Part shown: positions 57,101 to 64,000 of the stretch, piece by piece
How positions within the stretch are numbered: position 1 is the stretch's first letter
How the letters are laid out: each line of letters starts with the position of its first letter
Virus record (IMG/VR): IMGVR_UViG_3300042449_000993
Span: 108,992 to 172,991 of that record
Direction: 5' to 3' (one strand)
Origin: a virus
DNA: 64,000 nucleotides
Position numbers and translations under genes: made by a program
Notes under the pieces: model-generated
The model's input: the letters and a program-made list of their open reading frames with translations, nothing else
Database searches by the model: none
Told to the model about the DNA's origin: nothing

Positions 57101-57804
57101 CACAAGGAGCAACTGGTGCTACTGGCGCACAAGGTCCATCTGGTCCACAAGGAGCAACTGGTGCTACTGGTGCGCAAGGTCCTGCAGGTCCACAAGGAGC
57201 GACTGGTGCCACTGGCGCACAAGGTCCATCTGGTCCACAAGGTCCTGGCTCTGATCAAGCGCTTTTCACAACTGATAATGTTCAATTCAATTCATTAGGT
57301 ATTGCTGGAAGTCCTGGAAATCTTGCATCAGCTAAAGTTGAAGTTACTGCAGGATCAAGCACTGCAATGTTCTTGAACGGTAATGGTCTCTATATATGGT
57401 GCTGGTATCAAAGTAGTGACAAGTGCATTATTTTTGCTAATGGTACTATTCTAAACGCAACTGGTGTTTATGGAACACTTTCTGATGCCAGAGAAAAGGA
57501 AAACATTGTTGATGCTACACCAAAACTTGAAGGACTATTGCAACTTAAAGTTAGAAATTACAATCTAATTAATAACAGTGCCAAATTTATTGGATTTGTT
57601 GCTCAAGAAGTTGAAGAAGTTTTCCCAGGATTAGTCGAAGAGAATGCAAAAAATGCTCTTGATGAAAATGGAAACGTAGTTCAAGTTGGAACAGTCAAAT
57701 CAGTTAAACAAAGTTTGTTGGTTCCAATGCTTGTAAAAGCAATTCAAGAACAACAAGTAATGATTAATGATTTGAAGTCTAGATTAGACGCCGCTGGGCT
57801 GTGA
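54181..57804 (+). CDS. long collagen-like fibre protein with C-terminal S74 chaperone
   Basis: Hundreds of GPQ/GPS/GVS/GAQ triplets; [21 protein letters not shown] domain; [10 protein letters not shown]...LVKAIQEQ. Confidence 0.88.
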   Translation: MTQNLTDILSSSLPVGPSGPQGIGPSGPQGVSGPQGAQGDPGGPSGPSGPQGAQGSASTVSGPQGAQGAQGVSGPSGAQGATGAASTVSGPQGVSGPSGPQGAQGSASTVSGPSGAQGAQGVSGPQGVSGPQGVSGPSGAQGVSGPQGVSGPQGPQGDLGPSGPSGLQGTQGSIGETGAQGPSGPQGEQGVSGPQGEQGVSGPQGVSGPQGEQGVSGPSGPQGNTGIRGPQGAQGVSGPQGPSGPQGVSGPSGPQGEQGVSGPQGPSGPQGEQGVSGPQGPQGEQGVSGPQGEQGVSGPQGPQGAQGVSGPQGPSGPQGEQGVSGPQGPQGDLGPSGPSGPQGVSGPQGPIGDRYETTSNTSLTVGTGTKTLNVETGLAYSLAQVVRIANTASIYMEGAVSSYNSGTGSLSVESTVTSGSGTYNVWEVNLAGATGATGAQGPSGPQGEQGVSGPQGPQGAQGVSGPQGSQGAASTVSGPQGPQGAQGVSGPQGVSGPQGVSGPQGAQGAQGVSGPQGVSGPQGPQGAQGVSGPQGVSGPSGPQGVSGPQGVLGSRVYTVDAFGTSNYLINGSNDPTLYLLRGFLYEFEVNASGQPFWIKTAQTTGTGDAYNTGVTNNGDDVGTIIFRVPYDAPSTLYYISENSASMTGVISISDIGPSGPSGPQGVSGPQGVSGPQGPQGAQGVSGPQGPQGAQGVSGPQGPQGAQGVSGPQGVSGPQGPQGAQGVSGPSGPRGVTGPQGPQGAQGVSGPSGAQGVSGPSGPSSTTITSTDTPSGGTLYPVMVDGLTSATPRVTTTKFNFNSTSGQLTSNSMNLMQSSNGQALIMANTTGATFMTMLSAGSGSTPVPTTTVGAGPISIVSGSASNDFTVNMSTGGWFNFAWNGQIEAYMNSSGLVMMGNYINLDGGQLRQNGVAIIDSAGNWVGPSTGLIGPTGPQGAQGPSGPQGATGATGAQGPSGPQGATGATGAQGPSGPQGATGATGAQGPSGPQGATGATGAQGPAGPQGATGATGAQGPSGPQGPGSDQALFTTDNVQFNSLGIAGSPGNLASAKVEVTAGSSTAMFLNGNGLYIWCWYQSSDKCIIFANGTILNATGVYGTLSDAREKENIVDATPKLEGLLQLKVRNYNLINNSAKFIGFVAQEVEEVFPGLVEENAKNALDENGNVVQVGTVKSVKQSLLVPMLVKAIQEQQVMINDLKSRLDAAGL
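54226..56469 (+). repeat. collagen-like Gly-X-Y coding repeats (three blocks)
   Basis: 9-bp periodic GGTCCACAA/GGTCCATCT/GGTGTTTCT units at about 54226-55236, 55474-55839 and 56147-56469. Confidence 0.9.
56998..57240 (+). repeat. 45-bp tandem repeat ([15 protein letters not shown]), five copies plus a partial
   Basis: Units start at 56998, 57043, 57088, 57133 and 57178 and are nearly identical. Confidence 0.9.
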
Positions 57805-57825
57805 CATTAAAATTAGGTTATATTA

Positions 57826-58554
57826 ATGGGAGTAATAATTGAATCTGGAATAACGATTGGAGGTGGCATTACAATTGGCATTGCTGCGGCTCCAATCTCA
57901 ATTGGAATCTATACAATAACATCTGGAACAAAACTTCCTGTGTTAGGAGTTGCTGGGCAAAGTCCATTTCCTGCGAATGGATGGACTTCAATAGCGTCAT
58001 CATCAGCTGATGACACATTCGCTACAGTTGCTTTGGGTTTCACGTGGGTTTATAATAATGCGAATTATACCAGTTTTTTCCCAAATTCCAATTATTACAT
58101 AACATTTGGTTCTGGAAGCACTCAGTTTAATGCACTTGCAAATAACTCACCTTCAATCAATAAAATCTTTTTTGCTGGTGCAGATAATTCATGGCAACGT
58201 GTTTCCAGAATTTCATCTGGAACTGATTATCTAAGATTACGATTTGAAGGCACTGCTGCTACAAGTGGCACTGCTGGCAGTCCAAATATGGTATATGAAC
58301 TTACATTCTTCAACCCAGTTAATACAGCAAATGTTCCTGTGTTTGAATTGTTGATCGGTCGACAAGCCAGAGGAAACTCTAGTGCTGGAATCATATCAGG
58401 TCTTTATAGCAACACTGCATTGTTAACTGGTGGAACTTTAGGACCATCTAATAGAGGTGTGAGCGCAAATCAAAGTTATGTTGCAGTTGGTAATGCTACT
58501 GGAACATCATGGACTGTGTATACTGGATATTATCTTGCAGGAACAGGCTATTAA
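57826..58554 (+). CDS. putative virion-associated protein
   Basis: Gly/Ser/Thr-rich; IESGITIGGGITI N-terminus; NSNYYITFGSG. Confidence 0.6.
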   Translation: MGVIIESGITIGGGITIGIAAAPISIGIYTITSGTKLPVLGVAGQSPFPANGWTSIASSSADDTFATVALGFTWVYNNANYTSFFPNSNYYITFGSGSTQFNALANNSPSINKIFFAGADNSWQRVSRISSGTDYLRLRFEGTAATSGTAGSPNMVYELTFFNPVNTANVPVFELLIGRQARGNSSAGIISGLYSNTALLTGGTLGPSNRGVSANQSYVAVGNATGTSWTVYTGYYLAGTGY

Positions 58555-58556
58555 TA

Positions 58557-59363
58557 ATGAAATCTCTTGAAGAAAAGAAAATGATCGTCAAAATGGCTCG
58601 CATGTTTGGTCAGCCAGTTGATCAGGCGTTGATTGAGTCTATTGAACGAGAAGAAAAACTTGCAGCCGCATTTTTCAAAGAAGAAAAGAAAGTTTCTGCA
58701 CCAATTCCTATTCTTAAAGAAGATGTTTTAACTGAAGTTGCACCAGTAGAATCATTACCGCAGCAATCAGCAAAACCTGCCGAGACTAATTTACAACCAC
58801 CTGAAGAATATAAAGTTCAACAAGTTGCAAATTATTTAAACACAGTTTCAAATACAAAGAAACCACCATTAGCCACTGCGTTAATGGATAAAGAATTTGA
58901 AGCATTACGCAAAACTGTGATGGATTTATTACAAAAAGTCAATACACTATCATGGGGTGGTGGTGGAACAGGTATTGTTCGACTTTGGAACGCTGATGAT
59001 CTAGACAGAAACTCTGCTCAAAATGGCAGATTTGTTAAGTATCAAGATGGATGGTTTGTATTCGATGAAATTAATCCATATGAGATTGTTCATAACACAA
59101 CACTCGTCACAACAAATACATATGTTGTAAATGATACTGATTATTATATTGGTGTAGATTTCCCTGGACAAGTTACAATTATTATCCCATCTGAACCGAG
59201 TTCTGGTCGAGAAATTGTAATTAAAGATGAATCTGGAAACTGTTCAAATAATCCTATTACAGTTTCTGGTCCAGTGGACAATGACAATAGCGGATTTATA
59301 CTTGAAGTAGATAACGGAGCAGTGCATATGCTATTCCGTGGAGATTACTGGAGAATTATCTAA
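58557..59363 (+). CDS. hypothetical structural protein
   Basis: GGGGTG..RL...DD; C-terminal DYYIGV...GREIVIKDESG..NPITV repeat seen in fibre proteins. Confidence 0.6.
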   Translation: MKSLEEKKMIVKMARMFGQPVDQALIESIEREEKLAAAFFKEEKKVSAPIPILKEDVLTEVAPVESLPQQSAKPAETNLQPPEEYKVQQVANYLNTVSNTKKPPLATALMDKEFEALRKTVMDLLQKVNTLSWGGGGTGIVRLWNADDLDRNSAQNGRFVKYQDGWFVFDEINPYEIVHNTTLVTTNTYVVNDTDYYIGVDFPGQVTIIIPSEPSSGREIVIKDESGNCSNNPITVSGPVDNDNSGFILEVDNGAVHMLFRGDYWRII

Positions 59364-60775
59364 TGACTTATCTATACAATAAAAATGTAAATGTTCTCAA
59401 CGCAAATGCGATTGTCAATACGACAAATCCATTTCCTGTGACTGCTGTTGGAGATGGATTAGAAGTTAATGGAATCTCTCCAGACGCTTTCGGCAGAACT
59501 CGTGTTTCTGAACTGTTTACTCTTGGCGATTATAAGCATCTCTTTGCGATTGATCCAAACTTTCTTGATGTCACATCGAATGGTAGTGTAATATTTGAGG
59601 GGAATAAAGCATGCGCAACTCTTTCTACGAATAGTAATTCTTCGGCTTATTCAATTCACCAAACAAAATTCTATCACCATTATCAACCAGGAAAGAGTCA
59701 ATTGATTCTTTCTTCGTTTGTTTTTGGATATCCTCAGAGAAACGTCACAAAGCGCACAGGATATTTCGACGATCGAGATGGGATTTATTTTGAACAAGTT
59801 GGTAGCAATACTGCTAACGGAAATGTCTCAAGCAACACAACACAAACGCTAAATTGGGTTATTCGCTCTTATACTGGTAACACTGCAAACGAATCTAATG
59901 TTGTTACGACAATTAATGGTGCGCCTTATACTTACAAGCGTCGCGTTCCTCAAAACGAATGGAACTTAGATAAGTGTGACGGAACTGGAAAAAGTGGTTT
60001 TAATTTAGATGTAACTAAAACGCAACTCACGTTTACTGATTTCCAATGGCTAGGTGTAGGTCGTGTTCGTTGTGGATTTGTTCATGATGGCTTATTCATA
60101 CCTGCTCATGAGTACGTGCACTCAAATGTATTAGATGAAGTTTACATTGCAAATCCAAACCTTCCTGTTCGCTGCGAAATTAGAAATACTGGAGCGGGAA
60201 CTGGCGGTTCAATGGATCAGATCTGTTCTACGGTAGCCAGCGAAGGTGGTTATGTTGAATCTGGCATCGACTTTGCTATCACTGCCAATAACAGATCAAC
60301 AGCCACACCTTCGGCGACTGAATTGCCATTGGTTGCAATTCGCCTCAAAAATACATTCCAAGGATATCCTAATAGAATCAGTGTACGTTTAAACAACATA
60401 TCATTACACGCTGAAACGAATAGCATTGTTTATGAGATTCGAAAATTAGCAAACACATCTTATCTTGCAAATAATACTGGAGCTCTTGTTTGGACTTCTG
60501 CTTCACCATCAAGCGGCGTAGAATATTGCGTTAATGCAGATACTATTACAAATGGTGAATCGTTTGCAGCAGGATTTGTTCCTGCAGGTGCTTCTCAGAA
60601 CTCACTTTCCCCTGTCTCTACAGGTGCATTAACCGCTGCTAAAAAGAATATTATTGTTCAGAACTTTGATTCCACGAATTCAGAAATTTATGTGGTGGTA
60701 GTAAGAACGATTATTACAGCAGGAAATCAAACTGCATCGGTTGGCGCATCGTTGCAGTGGCGTGAAATTTACTAA
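59363..60775 (+). CDS. putative virion structural protein
   Basis: DAFGRTRVS, YQPGKSQ, DFQWLGVGRVR, ICSTVASEGG, W.E C-terminus. Confidence 0.7.
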   Translation: MTYLYNKNVNVLNANAIVNTTNPFPVTAVGDGLEVNGISPDAFGRTRVSELFTLGDYKHLFAIDPNFLDVTSNGSVIFEGNKACATLSTNSNSSAYSIHQTKFYHHYQPGKSQLILSSFVFGYPQRNVTKRTGYFDDRDGIYFEQVGSNTANGNVSSNTTQTLNWVIRSYTGNTANESNVVTTINGAPYTYKRRVPQNEWNLDKCDGTGKSGFNLDVTKTQLTFTDFQWLGVGRVRCGFVHDGLFIPAHEYVHSNVLDEVYIANPNLPVRCEIRNTGAGTGGSMDQICSTVASEGGYVESGIDFAITANNRSTATPSATELPLVAIRLKNTFQGYPNRISVRLNNISLHAETNSIVYEIRKLANTSYLANNTGALVWTSASPSSGVEYCVNADTITNGESFAAGFVPAGASQNSLSPVSTGALTAAKKNIIVQNFDSTNSEIYVVVVRTIITAGNQTASVGASLQWREIY

Positions 60776-60859
60776 ATACTACTAAATAAACCGCTTTAGA
60801 ATTGTATTTTTATTATAAACTCGCTGATTGTTTCGTTATGATAACACTCAGAGGGTACA

Positions 60860-62209
60860 ATGAAAAGATTACTAGCAGTTCTCGCTCTCCTTGCATCTGG
60901 AGCAGCATTCGGTCAGACGACCACAGTTTCTACGGTCAATACGACCTCCGATGTCAATACGACAACAAATTCTACGTCGACTTCTACATCGACTTCGGAC
61001 AACACCAACACGAATGTGAATACGAATAATAACATTCAATCTGGTACTGCAACTAATATTAATCAGAATACGAATATTTCTACTTCGACTTCTGATAATA
61101 CCAACACGAATGTGAATACTAACACTTCGACTTCTACAAACACCAATACGAATGTTAACACTAATAATAACATTAATAGTGGCACAGTAAACTATAACAA
61201 TAATAACACCTCTACTAGTACTGCTACGAATAATAACAACAACAATTCTGTTGTCAACAGTACAAATACAAACACGAATGTGAATACAAATAACAACATT
61301 CAGTCTGGTACTTTGACAAATAACAACAATAATGTGAACACAACGACATCTAATAACACAAATAACAATAACAATGTGAACACAACGACATCTAATAACA
61401 CTAATAATAACAACAATGTCAATGTTAGCACATCAACATCAACGAACACAAATAACAATAATAACAATTTGTCTGGTGAAGTGACTTATAATAACAATAA
61501 TAATAACAACACGAATATTAATTCAACAAATACTAACAATAACAATAATGTCTCTACATCAACCAACACAAATAACAACAACAATGTTTCTACTTCAACT
61601 AACACAAATGTGAATAAGAACGATAGCACTTCTGTTGCCACAAATAATAATAACAATGTAAATGTGAGCACATCAACTGCTGTAAACAAGAACGAGAATG
61701 TGAATAAGTCTGAGAGCACAAGCCAATCAAGTGTAAAGACAGATAACACAAATACAAATATCAATCGTAACGAAAATATCACCAAGTCAGAAACAACAAT
61801 CAAAGCACCTCCTGCTTCTGCTATCGCTCCAATGATCTCAACATATAGCCAGGACGTCTGTGTATCGGGCGTTTCTGGCGCTGTTCAGACTCAGGTCTTT
61901 GGTCTTTCTGCTGGTAAGGCAGTTCGCGATATGAATTGCGAACGCCTCAAACTATCAAAGACTCTATACGACATGGGTATGAAAGTTGCTGCTGTATCAA
62001 TGATGTGCCAAGACGAAAGAGTGTTCAAGGCTATGGAAATGGCTGGAACACCATGCCCTTACATGGGTAAGATTGGTAAGGAAGCAACTGAACAGTGGAC
62101 AGGCAATAAAGAAGAGCGTCCAGACTTCAAGAAGAAGTGGTGGAAGTTCTGGGTAAAGAACGAGCAAGAAAAGTCAACTGATCTTCCAGAAGCATCAGAA
62201 GGCGGCTAA
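60860..62209 (+). CDS. signal-peptide protein with Asn/Thr-rich low-complexity stalk and Cys-containing C-terminal domain
   Basis: MKRLLAVLALLASGAAFG; N/T/S repeats; PPASAIAP..DVC..G.SGAVQ...D.NCERLKL...GMKVAAV..MCQD.RV..AM..AGTPCP. Confidence 0.75.
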   Translation: MKRLLAVLALLASGAAFGQTTTVSTVNTTSDVNTTTNSTSTSTSTSDNTNTNVNTNNNIQSGTATNINQNTNISTSTSDNTNTNVNTNTSTSTNTNTNVNTNNNINSGTVNYNNNNTSTSTATNNNNNNSVVNSTNTNTNVNTNNNIQSGTLTNNNNNVNTTTSNNTNNNNNVNTTTSNNTNNNNNVNVSTSTSTNTNNNNNNLSGEVTYNNNNNNNTNINSTNTNNNNNVSTSTNTNNNNNVSTSTNTNVNKNDSTSVATNNNNNVNVSTSTAVNKNENVNKSESTSQSSVKTDNTNTNINRNENITKSETTIKAPPASAIAPMISTYSQDVCVSGVSGAVQTQVFGLSAGKAVRDMNCERLKLSKTLYDMGMKVAAVSMMCQDERVFKAMEMAGTPCPYMGKIGKEATEQWTGNKEERPDFKKKWWKFWVKNEQEKSTDLPEASEGG

Positions 62210-64000
62210 TGAAGCGGCTTCTTGCTCTACTACTATTGGCGGTGGCTCCTGCCTTTGGGCAGGGTCTGCCTCCAATTTATGATCCTACGGTTGAACAGAC
62301 ATATACTGTTACGCAACCACAAACACCATTACAAAATATTAATCAATCTGGTGGAACGCCATTAACATTGTATGATGATGGTTCTACGTTCCAGCCAATT
62401 CAATTGCAATTTGATTTTTACTATTTTGGTAGTTTGTTTGATTCAGTTTATATCTCGCAAAATGGATTGATAAGTTTTACCAGCAATGCCAATGGTTGCT
62501 GCAGCGGTAATGAATTGCCATTTTTATCTAATCAATCATACTATAATTTAAATAATAGCATCTTTGCTATGTGGAGTGATCTTGCTGATTTCAATAATCC
62601 AGGCAATCCATATTATAAGTCTACAGGAAACTCATTTACTGTTGGTTGGTATGGTGTTGATGAATTAGGTTCTGCTCCTTATACCTGTAATGAGTTGGGT
62701 TGTACACAAACAGGACCAGGAAATAAATTTAATTTTGAAATTAGTTTATTTGCTGACAGCAGTTTCAGTATAAATTATGGTTCATTTGATTATAATAATC
62801 AGACAGGTAGAACATTCACCTCTGGTTTTCAGGGTGACACTGCCACAGAATTTACTCAATTTTATTGGGGCAACAATCCATCATCTTTACAAAACACAAC
62901 ATACTTTGTACAGTCATCAGAGATTGTTCCATTGCCACCAGATACACCACTAGCACCTGATTGTACTACAAATCCATACGACCCTTCTTGCGTCATTGAT
63001 AGTATTGGTATTGATGATGGTGTGACTGACTACACAGATCCAGAAGAAATTTTGGCTGCTATTGAAGAACAGGAAGCAGCTCAAGAAGAACTTGAAGAAT
63101 CAGTTGATGATGGGAGTGATGATGGTTCAGATGATGGATCTGAATATGTCGAGGAAGAAGAAGTCCTAGTTGCTGATGAGGAAGCCACAGAAGAACTTCT
63201 TGACGCCGACCTAGAGGAAATGCTTGCTGAAGAAACAGACGAAGAAGACATTTTACTTGTTGAAGATGCAGAAGATTCAGGAGAGCCAGCCGTTGTTGCA
63301 ACCTATAGAGAACTGACTGATGAAGAAAAGGCTCAGATTCTTGCTGATGCAATTTCTAAAGATGTACTACAAAATGCCCTTACAATTGCATCAGAAGTTG
63401 GTTCATCAAATACCAATACTGCTGGTGGTCCTGCAACAGAAAGTTCAACAACCACTACTACAACAACCAGATCATCTAATGATCAATCAAGTACAGCCGA
63501 GTCAACTGAAACAGTAGTGGCTACAAATACCTCCGCAGAGCAAAAAGATGACGGTTCATCTGCTTCTGATGTAGGATTAGATATTCTAGAAACTGGTAGA
63601 CAATTAGGTCAACAAGCATTATCAGAAATATTAACTGCAAGTGAGGCTGCTTCTAATGATTCTTCCAGAGAAGCTGAATCAATTGCAGCATTCTCGAGCG
63701 AAGCATCGGGAACAAATCAATCTACCGACACCATTTCTGTTACAAATTTAGAAGATGTAACACAACAGGAAATAACTGTTGCTGATTCAGGCGCAGAAGC
63801 ACAAACAGATATGGGGCAAACAGTTGAGTTCACAACAGGTGAAACAACAAGCCAGATTGAACAAGAAGCCGAGATGCTTGCTGAATCATTTGTTCGTGGT
63901 CCAACTGTTGATACTGCAGAAACAGATGAGGCACTTGCAATTGTGGAAGCCAGTCGCGCCACAGCAGAGCAAAGTGCATTTGATGATGAATCAAGCAAAG
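62209..64000 (+). CDS. signal-peptide protein with NIDO-like domain and acidic tail (3' truncated; not in ORF track)
   Basis: TAATG coupling; MKRLLALLLLAVAPAFGQ; DDG...FDFYYFG..F..VYISQNGLISF...GCC...IFAMWSDL; frame open to the window end. Confidence 0.75.
   Translation, partial: MKRLLALLLLAVAPAFGQGLPPIYDPTVEQTYTVTQPQTPLQNINQSGGTPLTLYDDGSTFQPIQLQFDFYYFGSLFDSVYISQNGLISFTSNANGCCSGNELPFLSNQSYYNLNNSIFAMWSDLADFNNPGNPYYKSTGNSFTVGWYGVDELGSAPYTCNELGCTQTGPGNKFNFEISLFADSSFSINYGSFDYNNQTGRTFTSGFQGDTATEFTQFYWGNNPSSLQNTTYFVQSSEIVPLPPDTPLAPDCTTNPYDPSCVIDSIGIDDGVTDYTDPEEILAAIEEQEAAQEELEESVDDGSDDGSDDGSEYVEEEEVLVADEEATEELLDADLEEMLAEETDEEDILLVEDAEDSGEPAVVATYRELTDEEKAQILADAISKDVLQNALTIASEVGSSNTNTAGGPATESSTTTTTTTRSSNDQSSTAESTETVVATNTSAEQKDDGSSASDVGLDILETGRQLGQQALSEILTASEAASNDSSREAESIAAFSSEASGTNQSTDTISVTNLEDVTQQEITVADSGAEAQTDMGQTVEFTTGETTSQIEQEAEMLAESFVRGPTVDTAETDEALAIVEASRATAEQSAFDDESSK

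Noticed and set aside
56998-57240. Tandem repeat as a possible CRISPR array
   Set aside because: The units are contiguous, in frame, and lack unique spacers; this is a coding repeat.
54161-57298. Many alternative-frame and minus-strand ORFs over the collagen genes
   Set aside because: They are shadows of the 9-bp periodic Gly-X-Y repeats, with no SD or independent signal.
60940-61790. AAT/AAC-rich tract as non-coding satellite DNA or a diversity-generating retroelement target
   Set aside because: It is in frame within a signal-peptide ORF, and no reverse transcriptase or template/variable repeat pair is visible in the window.
63059-63998. Short ORFs listed near the window end
   Set aside because: They overlap the long open plus-strand frame from 62209, which has a signal peptide and coupled start.
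1-64000. Stop-codon reassignment
   Set aside because: Core genes are full length in the standard code, and TAA, TAG and TGA all terminate genes.

Overview
A 64 kb segment of a large T4-like (myovirus-type) dsDNA phage genome. It is densely coding, uses the standard genetic code, and every credible gene is on the + strand. The host is probably a Gram-negative bacterium (inferred from sigma70 promoters, a lipoprotein and a Tat signal). In order, the window holds: (1) a CobS-like AAA ATPase, truncated at the window start. (2) A compact putative DNA base-hypermodification cluster at 2090-9266: TET/JBP-like 2OG-Fe dioxygenase, Ntn glutamine amidotransferase, amidoligase, GNAT acetyltransferase, a GIY-YIG/ParB-like protein, an aGPT-PPlase2-like amino acid:DNA transferase, a P-loop nucleotide kinase and a GT-A-like protein. 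(3) The T4 replication core (dNMP kinase, gp45, gp44, gp62, RegA, dUTPase, dCMP deaminase, gp43, UvsX, gp41), interleaved with Hsp20, an island of small ORFs and two glycan/sugar-nucleotide clusters. (4) A block of probable capsid-packaged internal proteins with T4-type capsid-targeting N-termini and repeated prohead-protease-like cleavage motifs, plus Dps. (5) A lysis module with a two-catalytic-domain endolysin. (6) Collagen-like tail fibres with S74 chaperone domains, then two signal-peptide proteins, the last truncated at the window end. Non-coding signals include several consensus sigma70 promoters (one antisense), a duplicated promoter that appears to give leaderless mRNAs, a ROSE-like thermometer ahead of hsp20, a leader pseudoknot and a 74-nt four-way-junction RNA candidate. 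No canonical tRNA, rRNA or CRISPR array was recognised. All family assignments come from motif recognition by eye, not database searches.
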